Notes: generated by a model from the sequence alone, not told the origin. Positions 36,560 through 49,974 are shown, numbered from the whole stretch's first letter. The stretch is DNA of 62,146 nt, filler included, from Choristocarpus tenellus KU-1152 (GCA_964200185.2; 12 parts of 12 records of this genome joined end to end with filler, not necessarily neighbours in it), one strand, 5' to 3'. A program made the numbers and translations.

Positions 36560-37430
36560 TCCTGTTCAATTGACCCCTTCCTAGGCACAACACCATTCTG
36601 CCCCAACGCAAGACCATCAACCCGATCCCCTTCATCAAACAAGTATTCGTCTCGATTGCCATCCTTTCCTGCTCCCCTTTCCTCCCCCCCGGCCCTGCTC
36701 CTGCTCCTTGGCCTACCCCCTATCGCCAGGTGACTCCTCCTCACCCCACTAGCCACCTTCCCCACTCCCTTCTGCCAAACCGAGAAGCCAGGTGATCGTG
36801 GCAATGCAGGCTTTGGCACTCCAGAAACCCACCTCCCACCCAAACTCCTTCTCTGCTTGCGTCTTGATCCTGAACGAGGACCAAAGTCTGCTGGTCCTGC
36901 CCCACTATTAGAAGGAGAAACGAACGACTCTTGCTCCACCTCTTCATAGTCATTTGGTGTCCAATCTGGTGAAGTATCCTCTTCCGATTCCAGCGATGCT
37001 GGTTTCATTCCCACGCACCCGAGCAAACTGGGTGTAGGGGGAAGCAACCCCATGCTCGGTGGTGCCAACAGTGACTTTCTATTCAAACCTGAATTCCTAC
37101 CAGCGGTTGGACCTAATCCTGCACCCATCGCCCCACTCCCTATCCCCACTCCCAATGCCACTGAGGATGTACCCACCGCTGGATCTGCTGGGCAGGCTTT
37201 GGGGCCACTATTAATACGTGTAGTCCTTGGAGTTGACCACATATTTTGGGAGGCATGGTTGTCAGGCCAGCCACTGCTGCACGAGCAGCACGGTGCCACA
37301 TCTGACTGTTTCACCCCAATTTCCCTCACAAGAGACCGATTTTCTGTGCTACCACCCCCCGAGCTAGAACATGGGGAGGCCAGTGGGCAAGAACTTTTAT
37401 GGGAAAAGGGGGGGGCTTGGGGCATCTGGG
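36560..37430 (-). CDS. Large low-complexity (G/S/P-rich) exon of an unknown gene
   Basis: About 290 open codons downstream of a pyrimidine-rich acceptor-like region; no recognisable domain. Confidence 0.45.
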
Positions 37431-38005
37431 GAAGTCAGTTGGCAACGGCCAGGAAACAATACAGCAAACAATACAGCAAACAATACAGCAAACACACGCA
37501 CGGGCACAAGATACACAGCGGACAAAGGACCCAAGATTTTACAGAAACGTCAATGATGAGAAAGAAAAAGAAAAAGGAGCAACAGGGAGATGCCCAAGGG
37601 GCGAAACAAGCAAGAGGAGAGGGAAGGGAAAGGCAAGGGGGGGGGGGGGGAAAATACTGGCTTTTTAGGAGGGNNNNNNNNNNNNNNNNNNNNNNNNNNN
37701 NNNNNNNNNNNNNNNNNTTAATTAATTAANNNNNNNNNNNNNNNNNNNNNNNNNNNNNNNNNNNNNNNNNNNNTAATGTAAATTCACTTTTTTTGATTTT
37801 GACCCAAATGGACACCCTGATGTAGCCCCCCCCCCCCCCCCCTCCACAGATACTTTGGGTCAGGAGTTAGGTATTTTTTTCTTCTTTCTCCTTGCCACAG
37901 GATGGTCTGAGGTGATTTATGATATCTATTGTCTTCACTGGTGACAATCGCCTGTGGTAAGCGTGAAACATGTATTGCTAGTTCATGCTGGGGGGCATGC
38001 TACAG

Positions 38006-38170
38006 GCGAATAGCGCGAGCATTTCTTCGTGTGTTCTAACAAAGTGCGAGCATTTGTTACACGCGAATAGTGCGAGCATTTCTTCTCATGTTTTAGAAAA
38101 CACGACGAACGTCTGTGACAGACGAATAGTGTGAGGATTGTTTCTCACGTACTACTAACAAGTGCGAACA
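38006..38170. repeat. Degenerate ~57-bp tandem repeat, ~3 copies
   Basis: GCGAATAG(C/T)GCGAGCATTTCTTC recurs at ~57-bp spacing with an internal GTGCGAGCATTT subrepeat. Confidence 0.75.
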
Positions 38171-38849
38171 ATATTCGATGTTAGTAAAATATTGGTAGCC
38201 TTACAGACTGAATGCTGATTTCATAGAAGATACAGAGTAAGATTCGGAATGCATAAATCACATTACAGAAGAAAATGTCAAAGTTCCTAAGAAGTTGTAA
38301 AATAAAGGTTTATGATTGGAGTACGTATAGAGCAGTTGCATAGAAGACCAAAGAAACTGGGTGGATGATGAAAATAATAAGAGGCTTTTAGTGAAAATAC
38401 TTCTACCACCCCTCTTATCAGTCCTTTCTTTATCTTGAACGAAACTTTGAGTCGAGCTTTGAGCTAAGCACTGAGTGGAATATAAAGAGAGAACGATGCC
38501 GGACACCCTACAAACTGTTATCAAGGGCAACGTTCCCATAACGTCGTTTTAAGGTCGTTGGATTTGAGTTGCATATCCTGTGGAGGTGAGTTCTGGGGGG
38601 CATGCTGTGACACTTTAACCTAGCATAGTCCTTTTCAGGGTGAGGGGCTAGGGAGGCATCCCACGAATCTAACAAGCCCCTCCTTACCAATCTCCCAGGT
38701 ATCTCCAGCTTAAAGCGCATGGCCTGTATGGATAGGGTTACCTGACTTGTAACAGAAACTATCTGTTGTAGACGGGATTTGACAGCCCCCTTCCTGCTAT
38801 AACCTCCTGTCCCTCTCCCCTCTACTGCGTGCGTCGCTAACTCATCCAG

Positions 38850-39823
38850 AAAACGTTCCGCTTGCTTGCTGAGGCACCCAAAACGTACCTCAACTATCGT
38901 TCTGGAGAAAGATGCGTCAAGCAGGGATTATTTTTATTTCGGCAAAGACCTAACGCGAGAGTACACCCATCAATATAAGGTTCATCTCTTCCTCTTCTGT
39001 TCTACGACCGCGGGAAGCTTCTATTTCCTTCTTCTCCCAACTTACATCCTGATAAGTCTTTATTACTCTCACATAAAGTAGTTAGTCGAAGGAGTATACC
39101 TGCATATCGCAGAAGTTGGCAACTGTCCGCAACCTCCTCACATCAGCAGAGAGGGTAAAATTTGACAAAGTGGTGAAAAATATTTATCAACATGTGTGAA
39201 TCGAAGACAACTTTGCACTAATCAGACATTTGACTGGGCTGAAATGTCCTGGGACTGGAATATCTCTGTTGCCCTCGAGGAGGCGCAGATCCAAGGTGAG
39301 GTGCGAGAAAATGAGATTAAGGGTTGATCAGGAGGCGAAGGAGATTGATGTAGCAATGTAGGAAAGCTTATTTGCATCTCTCAGATTAATTAACAACCAT
39401 TCGATAGGGTCACAAACGCAAAACTTCTGGTTACCCCTCACAACTACTAGTCCAAGAAGAAGGGTCAACATGACGTGCACCATGGAATCACAAGAGGACA
39501 CTTCCAGGAAGCTTTATTGTGGCCAGCCTTTGCGAGCCCGGAAGTCTAAGGTTTCACGTTCTTCTCCTCCTGCCATGTAGACCAGTCTTCTATTGTATTT
39601 GCACATGATAGAACAACGATCCAATTCCCCTCTGCAAGGATGGGGTCGTACATTTAACGCCCATTGCCACATAGGCGATTCTGCACATTCAAGGGGATGA
39701 TATAATCAACCCTGCAGTCAAGATAGTCACAGAGAATGAGGCACCAGCAGCAGGAGGAGGGAAATAGGAGTGGACAGTGACTGGTCTAAGGGTGGCGAAC
39801 TTGCCAAATATGTGGACACATAA
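38850..39823 (+). CDS. Possible small exons of an unknown gene
   Basis: AG/GT-bounded open segments: ..DYFYFGKDLTREYTHQYK, TFDWAEMSWDWNISVALEEAQIQ and EWTVTGLRVANLPNMWTHK. Confidence 0.3.
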
Positions 39824-39952
39824 GGTAAAAGCATGGTTACTGTGGAGGAAGCTATGGGGTTGGAGCTGCACAGGGACGCACATAGGGTTATGATGTACCT
39901 GTTACAGGCGATGTGTCTTTATGGCGGTTCATAAACACTAATTATGACCTTG

Positions 39953-40210
39953 GAGTTCAAGTATCTTAGAGGGTACGAGTTTTTCCCTGTTTGTCCATTT
40001 GGTGCTTGGCGTCCCACGGGTTTTTTTATTATATTTTCCTACTCCGAAATGTTTCGGAGTACGTAAATGTATATGTGATGAAAAGGTGTGGCCGGAACAT
40101 TGATATTGACACTTCCTAACAAACACCATATCCAAAATTACATCAAAATCGCAACAATGGATTTTGTCCCCCAAATGGACGCAGCTCTACCCTCTAAGAT
40201 ACCCTGGGTC
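39953..40210 (+). mobile_element. MITE subfamily A
   Basis: TIRs GAGTTCAAGTATCTTAGAGGGTA / TACCCTCTAAGATACCCTGGGTC; exact TTG direct repeat on both flanks. Confidence 0.9.
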
Positions 40211-40774
40211 TTGAAGTCCTAGATTTGATACGTTTCTACTCCTTGATTATTTATTTATTACTTGGTCATTATGGTCCCCGATTGTGATAAGACATCGTTG
40301 ACCAGTTCCTTTTTATACAATGATATTGATGATGATCCAAGTGAGAGATCCATCATACTTGACGACTTGTGCATCAGGAGTCCTATACGTGCATCAGATT
40401 CATCTATAGGCCGGTAGATTGGAGCTATACATCCTGTCGAGGTAAGCTTTTGGGGCGCACTGTAACATGGAGGTCCTACTGAGACGCCCATATTCGGGAT
40501 CTATGATTATGATTGGCCACACAGGAAACTATAAGCACAACGAAAAACTCCTTGAAAAAAAGTGATTTCTTCAAAATCCTTTTCACTGTTTTATGCTGTG
40601 GCATTCATCCAGAGCCGGATCATGTGTGTCTGATTTGTTGACTGTTCATCTGGATGGGAACATTGGGAAAAGTGTGCACGCATCACATATAGCTACGCAC
40701 GGCTCGTCAGAGAATTGTAGCGGAGATCCCAAATAAGGCCCGTCGTTGATACGACTTCTACTACCACTGCCACC

Positions 40775-41030
40775 GAGTCAAAGCATTTAAGAGGGTAGGA
40801 CCGCGTCCATTCGGGGTCATGATTCCAATGTTGCGATTTTGACGAACTTTGTCTATCGTGTTTGTTAGCAAGTGTCAATATCCTTGCTCCGGACACACCT
40901 TTCAAAGTCTACACATTTTAGGTAACTGTGTTCACACAGAAAACCGAAGAAGGGTATAAAAAGAAATTGGGAAGCCAAGCCCCAAATGCACAAACCGGGC
41001 AAAACTTCTACCCTCTTAATGGTTTGGGTC
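40775..41030 (-). mobile_element. MITE subfamily B (inverted)
   Basis: Reverse complement of 23827-24084 with the same terminal pentamers; flanks ACC/ACT. Confidence 0.88.
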
Positions 41031-44000
41031 ACTACTAATCATAGTACTACTCTGCTATTGAGTCTCATACTAACGATAAAAGGTGTACACAGTTGCATTC
41101 TAATGATTATCAGAAACGGCCAAGGCATGTGTCATTTCGTACACTACGATCTGGGGCATTGCTTAGTTGTTGGGATTAAAAAAAAATAGTCTTCTCTTCT
41201 CCAGTGATACCTTCGATTTTGGAGATTTCGATTGTGCTTGTGTGTGCAAAGCATGAAAATAGGGGGGTCAAAGTATCTGAGGGGGGGGGGGGTGTCGGCG
41301 TCCTTTTNNNNNNNNNNNNNNNNNNNNNNNNNNNNNNNNNNNNNNNNNNNNTTAATTAATTAANNNNNNNNNNNNNNNNNNNNNNNNNNNNNNNNNNNNN
41401 NNNNNNNCGGGGGCACAATCACCCGTGAGGCAGGAAAGTATGGAAGTAAAAGGTTGGGGCTTGGGAGGTACCAATATCTGAGGCATTGAGAGCACAAGTA
41501 GATGAGTTAGGTAACTCATCATATAGGCGTCTTTTGAGGGTGTGTGTTTAGCAGGTATGTGCTTGAGGTTACCCCAAGTAGTTTGGTGACTTGAGGGTTC
41601 GATGTGTATCCAATACTCGCACACATTGGTGAGGAGTAGCGGGCAGTTCAACTAGCTACGTGTGATGCTTCAGCTTCATGACATTGGCACAGTTGTGTGT
41701 TTAGAGCGGTTTACAGGTCTAGTGTGTCATGCGCTTGGTGCCTCCGATTTTTTTTTAATCATTGATAGGTTATTGATTGCCTGGTATGTGCTGAGCAAGG
41801 TCATTAAAAGGTGTATGTACTTGTGTCCCTTACGTATGTGTGCGTAACACCTGACAGCAATGTGATGAATGAAAAGCAAAATGCCACCGCCACCCCATTC
41901 GTGGTTATCCTCTTACTTCTCTTTTTGCAGAAGGGGAAAAAATGCACTCCTTTAGAGTTGAGGTCATGTTTTTCTTGCTCCTTACATTGTGAGATCCATT
42001 GCAAAGGTGGGGATGGGAGTCCCCAACATCATCTTGTTGTTTTGTCTTTGAAATACTACTTGCTATCATGAATATGTGTACTGGATAGCAACAAATCTGA
42101 TTATGCATATATTTGAAAATCTTAAGTACTGTATGATGTTAGTACAACATCAAGTTGGATGACAAGCCCTGAAAAATGTCACAATCATTGAAGGTGAGTA
42201 TATTTATTGCCATGGAAAGGTACTGTAGGATAAAAGTTTAATTAGATTTGCACTGAATCAGATTGAAAGAACTTAGCTTTATGAACTGAAATTATCAAGA
42301 GATATATTGAGCAAGTGAGAGAAGGTTTAGGCCAAGGACAGCTCCTAGTCAACTCTATGTCAAGTTTATACTGCCACGATAAACCCCTGGAAGTTCACTC
42401 AAGTCTTTTACTCAATTGGCTAATCTTGCAGCTGCAAAAAATGTAAGTCTATGCACTCGTAGAAGTTAGACATGTTTTGGGATCTCGCTTATGAGAGATG
42501 TTCTCTTCAATTGGTTTCTTTTCCATCTCTTTGTGGTTCTAAAGTTTGGGTGCTCTTTGTGGAATACCTGACCTACTGTACGGTTTTTCAGTGGATTCTC
42601 CCATGGTGATGCCCTTTCTTTTTAACTGTTCATCTGATTCAGTCTGACTGGAAAGGTGTCTTGGGTTGGACTGCGGTTGAATCTGGTCACATCTCTAATT
42701 TCCCTGAACGTAACCTACTTTATTAGTTATAATACTGTTCAGCTCAAAATCATCAACGAATTTTTCGAAACTGAGTTCACCCTTACGAAGAGTACACTTC
42801 TAATTGGTGAGTTCAAGTATTACATTTATTTAGAACTTGTGACATTTGTAAAACCAAGGCCTCGATTTTATATCCTTCATTGGAGGCCAGTCACACACTA
42901 GGCACATCTGACTGTCGGTAGGTGCTCGAGATTATCAAAAGATTATGCTGCTGGTTGAAAGAAGGGCGATTCCGGCTGCATCAAGTCATCAAGAAGGGGC
43001 CCTATCATGGTGACATAAAATGAGTTGCTGAGATGCTTGATACCATTACTCAGACCATCTCAAGCTTTGTAATATCTGCAAGTCTCAGAATGATGCTCGT
43101 ATTCCAGATTCTGACATTTACTGGAGACAGAAGGGGAATTCTGGTTGCAATGGTACCAATAATGTCGATGACCTACGAGATTTCCTCACACTGATTTGCA
43201 ATAAATTCTCGTATCCTGTGGTCTGTTTTGTATGAAAACATGAAGAAGCTCGGTTTAATAACATGTTCCACCTATCTTAAGTCATTCTTTTCTGATGCCT
43301 GCAAGTTACAAAAGCTAAGGTGGGCAACTCACTAGGGAACTGAGGAGCCAGGAGGTTTGAAGACTTCTCACCAAATCGAAGACTTCATCCTTGTGGATGT
43401 GATGTGTGGTTTTTCATTTCTACGGACAATCAGAAGTACTGCTTCATTGATTACAACGACACTCCTGTCCACAAGGTGCAGCACAAGGGCAACATTACTT
43501 ATTAGCCCAAAACTTCGCTACAATTCTGCTGATCCAAATCGATGCTACATCCCTGTGCAGAGAGGTAGTTCTTAGTACTTTTGAGGGGCTGGTCCAAGGT
43601 CCAATCTGGTTCAAGATCAGACAGAAAAGCAAAACATGATGGCCAGTCTTTGACAAGATGAAGGTGCGTTTTAATAAACCGACACATTATCTACAATTAG
43701 ATTTGCAAATAATGATGCCATTCGCATACACATTTTGAAAGACATAGTATGTCAATGTTAAAAGGAAACATTGCAAAAACACGTCCTATCCTCGTGTTTG
43801 GGTAAACTAGGAGCAGGCACCCAATAAGGGAAAGGTATAGATACGAGGAAATATCATCATATTCATGTACTAAATTCTAATAATTAGTAGTTCTAGGAGT
43901 GCTGGCAAGTACATGCTTGATGGGTGATGTACTTCTAAATATTATGTGTTTTTTTATGTCATGTGATGCTTTTTTTCCTACCATGCACACCATATATGAA

Positions 44001-45874
44001 GTTTTTAGTAAACTATATACATCTTTGACGGGTTGTTCCACTGGTACCCATCCATACCATGTAGTGAATCGTTTGTTTAGTCGCCAGCCTTACTCATTTT
44101 TTTGCCTCCTTACTCTGCCGCAGCAATTTGCGACATCCTCCCACATCCATGTCTTCCTTGTTACAATGTATCTGCGCGTTCTCTTGTTCACGTTACCACC
44201 CAATATCCCATGCATTCCACAAATAAAATGATTAGGTCAGTTCTTTTCCTATTATTACGCATCTATGTGCTTCTCTTAGTACTACTACTACGGTATGGTG
44301 CTCATTGATTAGGTTATGTTTTTGGAACTCTATTCACCAAGCAGTTCCTGTATATTTTGTCCATCGCTTCAACGAACAAGTCATCAACAACAATATCCTT
44401 TTGATAGAAGCATCAAATAATCACACTTGATTGTGACATCATCATGTTTCTTCAATATGCAGTTTTCTAGTTTGACCCACGTCGAAATGGTTTGTTCCAA
44501 CTTGTCGCGATTTGTTTTAAACAATATATATAAGGGAGGGAAAGCTCTTTATTAGCCCTAGCGCGCCACCGGAGCCAGTGTGGACAAGGAGCAAACGCCT
44601 GGGCCTCGACGCAACCGCTGGAACCAGCATGCCAGATCCCNNNNNNNNNNNNNNNNNNNNNNNNNNNNNNNNNNNNNNNNNNNNTTAATTAATTAANNNN
44701 NNNNNNNNNNNNNNNNNNNNNNNNNNNNNNNNNNNNNNNNATGCAATCCTTAATCCTTCTCTTCCCGTCCTGCAATTGCAGAGGTGATATGACACCCCCC
44801 CCCCCCCCCGTAATAATGTTGTCGACATGATGATTACAGGCCACCAAGGTAGTAAAGAGTCAAACCAACTGAGAGGTAGACAGGTTTGGACCCTTACGCA
44901 TTCTAAGACATATTTCTTACCCTGTGCAATACCCTCTATTTAGTTTCTTTAATGTGCACTATAGTGTACCTAAAATTGACATTCCCCCTCCCCACACAGA
45001 AAATGATACCACAATCGAGCAAAGGCTCTTTCTGCAAAGATTGTGCAATGGTATGCATAGTGTAGCATACACACTCTACGCAACTAGACATAACTTCAGT
45101 TGCAGTACTCTCTAGCAGCTTGTAATGCATTTTGATACCACTATAATATGTCGTTCTGTAACGATTATGAACACCTGTGATTGTGTTGATTCCAACTAAA
45201 TAAGTAACTATGTATGGGGGACGTTTGAAGAACCTTGATTTTGTTATTGTGGGGGAATTATTTATCGTGTCGTGGTCGAGAATTTTTTTATAATGTTTTT
45301 GTAGAAGGTAAACATGGCATGGAGTCGACACAGTAAGCAGGAGGTTTCACAATAGGAAGGCAGACTGCTTGCTGTACAGAGGAGATGTGTATGTGAGGAA
45401 AGTTGGTGGGGATAGTTATAAACTTTTCATCCCACCCTCCCTGTTGCTGAAGAGGAGGGGGGGAGGGGAGGCTTTTTCGTGTTGGCTATGGAGTTGAGGT
45501 TTTTGGTGATTTGTTTTGCGCCTTTGTTCTCTTTTGGGTTCATTGTGTTGTTCATGATGTGGTGGGGTCATACTTTGGGGGGGGAGGGGTTGAGGAGGTC
45601 GGTGTTACGCACCAAAAGTCACCAAGTACGGAGGACACCAAAAATATTGTGAGACCCCACTGGTTGTTGATGAGTGGTGAGGTTTTGACACAAGGGGTTG
45701 GCCTTGGTTCTCATGAGAACCAACCTAGAATTCTTTGGGTCAAATAAACATCCAATATGTGGCATAGCCTATGGCTTGACCATCCAGCACAGTGGGGGGA
45801 TGATGAAAATGCTGATGACGTGAAGTTCCCTATGAGGGTTCACCACTATACAGAAAAGGAAAGGGAACAAGAAC

Positions 45875-46845
45875 AGGTGTAACTGTGACATTTGGGGACA
45901 AAAGAGGGTATAGCGAGGAAAACAAGTTGGACAATGAGGCACCTCCGCCTCGAGACCCCTGCTAAAATCAATGTATACCCATCCTCGCCCCCATGTTGAT
46001 AGATACATCCTTTCTCTACTCTCCATGACACCCACCTGTTTTCAGACGCTTTTTGCTCCAGTTTGTACATGTTTTAGCCCACTGTTCATACTACTCTTAT
46101 TTAGCAAAGAATATAACATCCTTCTGACTGGCCCACCACACGCAACACTCAAATTTCAAGCTCTTATCCTCATCTCCAGACAGCACATCAGAATTTTCCA
46201 CCACCGAAACGTTCTATCGTGCCACAGGGAGTCGAAGTAAACGAGGGGTACCCAAAAGTTGCATTTTAAGGATGGTGACAAGCATGTCCAAAATTCCTTT
46301 TTTTACAAATGCGTGTAGGATATTTTCTGAATTGTTTCTAAAGGTTTCAAACGATAGAGAAGTCGACGTTTCAGGTCAAACTTAGAACTTACCTATGGAA
46401 ATATGGGCAAATTGCAAAATATTGAAAAACTTGTTTAAAATGCAAATCGACCAAGAACTGGGTACCTGTCGCTTACTTTGTCTCTGTATTGGACCTCGGA
46501 AATTAGAACACTATAAAGCAACACACCTAAACCAACTAATTCTGAGTGACGAAGAGATAGCTTGGAATGTGTGCCAAGTACTGTGGTGGGACGAAAAGAT
46601 TGTATTGTTGGTTCAATCAGAGTGCTTACCATGATGAGTGAAAACGGGTACATACTGGAGCAGAAAGTGTGCAAAAGCAGCTGAGTGTCATGGAGACTAC
46701 AAAAAGGATGTATCTATCAACATGGGGGCGAGGACGGATGTACGTTGAACTATTTTAGTAGGGATCTCAACACGGAGGATCCCATTATCCTACCTGTTTT
46801 CCGCTATACCCATTTTTGTTCCAAAATGCCCCATGTATCCCCCCT
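45875..46845. mobile_element. Non-autonomous long-TIR element (~1 kb, ~200-bp arms; Mutator-like architecture)
   Basis: 45890-46075 is the diverged reverse complement of 46640-46830 (TCCTCGCCCCCATGTTGATAGATACATCCTTT / AAAGGATGTATCTATCAACATGGGGGCGAGGA). Outer ends and TSD unresolved. Confidence 0.75.
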
Positions 46846-47381
46846 CTTGTCCATTGCCCTTCATAATAGGGTTTCGGTTAACAGGATTCCGATTTATTTA
46901 GTCGACGTTACAATATGACTACCAAAAGTATGTTGACCACTCAATTTCGTTGGGCTAGGTTGGAAACAAACCAGCGAACATTGGTTTGTAGGGAACAACC
47001 TTGATCGGGATATTGTTGTACCGTTAGTTTTCCGTTTGAAATAGCGTTGACAACTTTTTTATCGACAGTGCTAGTTCTTGTCAAACACCTTTGGTCCCTT
47101 TCTTACCCCTTCCCTTACGTCTGTAAACTGTTTTAGAGGGCAAAATAATACCTGGAAGAAATTTAGTATTTGCAGCATATATATGTGGAACTATTTGTAC
47201 CGTTCATAGTAAATGCACAGCATCGTACCACTACACCGACCTTCAATATATTACAGGTACTATATTATTACGCTCCATGTCATTTTCATACAATATTACA
47301 AAACATACCCTCTGACGCTTTGCATATGTATCCGTAAGGGGGGAAACAAAACCCAAAACTTGATGACAAAAACTCCTTCTA

Positions 47382-49008
47382 CCTCTGTGCCATAAGTCTG
47401 TGCCGCGAAAAATCTGGGCTCGCTGAGCCAGAACGGCGCCGAATCGGACAATAACCCTACAGAATGAAATTGGGTCGACAATCTCAGCTTTCAGAAAAGG
47501 TGGGGGTCGAGTATAATCAGGAACAATCTCGAGGTGCTTAAAGCCGTCAAAGTAGGGGTCTTTTGGGATGATTTTCAGGTCAGAACGTCGGCATGGCAAC
47601 CCCCCCGCATAGGAAGGGTGTCCAAGTGTCCCTGAATACCAGGGTTGCACTTGCAGTGTGGCACACCCTCGCAATGGTCCCTGGTGAGCATAAACTGCCG
47701 TGACACGTTGGGTCGCCCCTCGCAGCGGAGTTTGGAGTACCAGTTCATTACATGAGAGGGCTCTGGGAGGACGTCGCCGATCAGCTCACCTGTGGCCACA
47801 CGCTTGACCTAGGGGTAGCAGCATGTAGTGGGCGGCCTTCGGAGCTCACACCAACCAAGATGACCGCAATATATAGTATTAACTTCGATAATCGGTCATC
47901 CACAGAGCATCAGGTGACAATGAAGATGGCCGACAAGGGGCTGAATTATAGTACGAGCACCATAAACAGGTGGTTGGATGATATGGGGACCATACCGAAT
48001 CGCCGCTGGATCAAACCCAAGCTTAAATCGTGGCAAAAGGTATGGAGAATGGACTTTGTTTGCGATCAAGTGGACTGGAAACGTGGTGTGTACGCCTCCA
48101 TTTGGTGAACATGATCCATGAGGCTAAAACCTGGTTCTACGTGATGACTGATGGGGAAAGGGTTAGGGTATTTCCGCATGGGGATGATAGCGACCTTCTA
48201 GGGTCCCCTACTGTACAGCACAAGAGTCATATCCCCAAAATCATGCTCACTGTAGCCAACACCCGCCCAGATTTGGCTAACAACTTTGATGGAAAGCTTG
48301 GTGTTTGGCGTGTGTGTGCGCCAAAAACGGCAGACAGGATAAGCAAGAACCATAAAAAGGGGGATGTGTATGAGCAGGACTGTACTTTAGACCATTAGTG
48401 GTACAGGAAGTGGTACACGGAGGAGTTGCTGCCTGCAATCAAGACCAAGATGCCTTGGTCGCAGGGCAAGCACATTGCCGTTCAGCAAGACGGTGCCACC
48501 CCCCACACAGGCAAGGGCAACCCAGAAATCGTGTCAGGGGCAGGGAGGACTAAGGGGTGGTCGATTAGGCTTGTGACGCGGCCATCTAACTCCCCCAACC
48601 TCAGTATCATGGACCTGTGCTTTCTTCAGATCTTTGAAATTCCAGGTGATGGGGGAGCAGTTTGGGTCCGTCGAGGAGATGGTGAAGGTCATTAAGAAAC
48701 AGTATGAGTATGATGAAAACACACTTGAGAGGGCTTGGCAGCTCCTTTTTGTAGTGTACAATCAAGTACTTAGATACAAAGGGGGGAATGACTTCAGTGT
48801 GGAGCGCACAGGGGTAAGAAAGGGACAGTTCTATGGTGAGCTTGAAAACACACCGAAGGTAGACATAGACGCTTTTTCTGTGGGTGATAAAATTGTGATG
48901 AATGGGGAGTAATAATAATAAAAGGAGCCGACCCTAACCAGAAATTCGTCAAGGATTCCATATCTTCAAAGGTTATGGACAGCGCGGCACAGACTTATGA
49001 CACGGAGG
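47382..49008 (+). mobile_element. Tc1/mariner transposon, plant-mariner (DD39D-like) type, both ends intact, transposase pseudogenised
   Basis: 26-bp TIRs CCTCTGTGCCATAAGTCTGTGCCGCG / CGCGGCACAGACTTATGACACGGAGG with TA TSD. Motifs WFY, KSHIPKIM..VA..RP, FDGKLGVW, QQDGATPH, PSNSPNLSIMDLCF and GGNDF are split by frameshifts and a stop. Confidence 0.93.
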
Positions 49009-49974
49009 TAGTACTATAATACAATAGCTGTCAATACTAGGACACCGGCTTAAAGTATTTACTCTTCGAAACTAGGGAAACGATAATGCCCCCTTGAAGA
49101 TTGTTCTCTACTAACGATTTATCGTGCACACTGGGATGCTTCCAACCTAGCCCTAGAAAGGAGGGTGAGGAACTAGGGAAGCATCCAAAAACTCTGTCAA
49201 GCCCACCCTTGTCTACCTGGTCTGTATCTCTACCTTGGAGGACATAACCCATCTAGGAAGAGCCACGTGATGTGCAGTGACAGGGACTATCTGTCTTGAA
49301 TGAGACTTGACAGATTCTTTCCGAAAATAACCCCCAGCCCCTCTCTCCCCTACCACATCAGTGTCCAACTCATCCAGTCACCAAAATCTTTCCTTTCAAG
49401 GTGTTGAGACCAAAATTACATTGACCAAAAGATCCCTCGTAGTGGGCGCACTTTCGTTCCTCTACTGCAGCAGCAGTGACAACATTGCTGGTGGATGAGT
49501 GGGTCAAATGACAGTTTGCCTTGACCTCTGCAAAAGCAACATCTAGAAGGAGGCATTAGTCTCAGTAGAGAGCTGAGCCAGCCTCCAACACTTCCCCAGC
49601 ATGAATCACCTCACCCATGCAGAAGTTTGAGTCAAGCCAATTGAAGCAGGAGGGTCAAAGTATCTGGGGGGGGGGGNNNNNNNNNNNNNNNNNNNNNNNN
49701 NNNNNNNNNNNNNNNNNNNNTTAATTAATTAANNNNNNNNNNNNNNNNNNNNNNNNNNNNNNNNNNNNNNNNNNNNCCCCTGCCCTGCCATCACTGTCTT
49801 AGGTTCAATCCCTCCAAAGAGTGACAGTCCATCCCCCCTTCCCCCCCCCCCCCCCACTGTCCCCATCGTCCCTTCCTCATGCGGTCCCCTGTTTCCTCTT
49901 GCATCCTTGTCTCCTCCTTTAGAGCTGCTAACCCTAACCCTAACCCTATTCACACTGTTTGTTCTGTCACCACT

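Noticed and set aside
41408-41650. Possible second Penelope-like fragment
   Set aside because: Only vague motif similarity.
44936-45331. 131-aa minus-strand ORF
   Set aside because: No recognisable motif or splice context; could be chance or an element interior.
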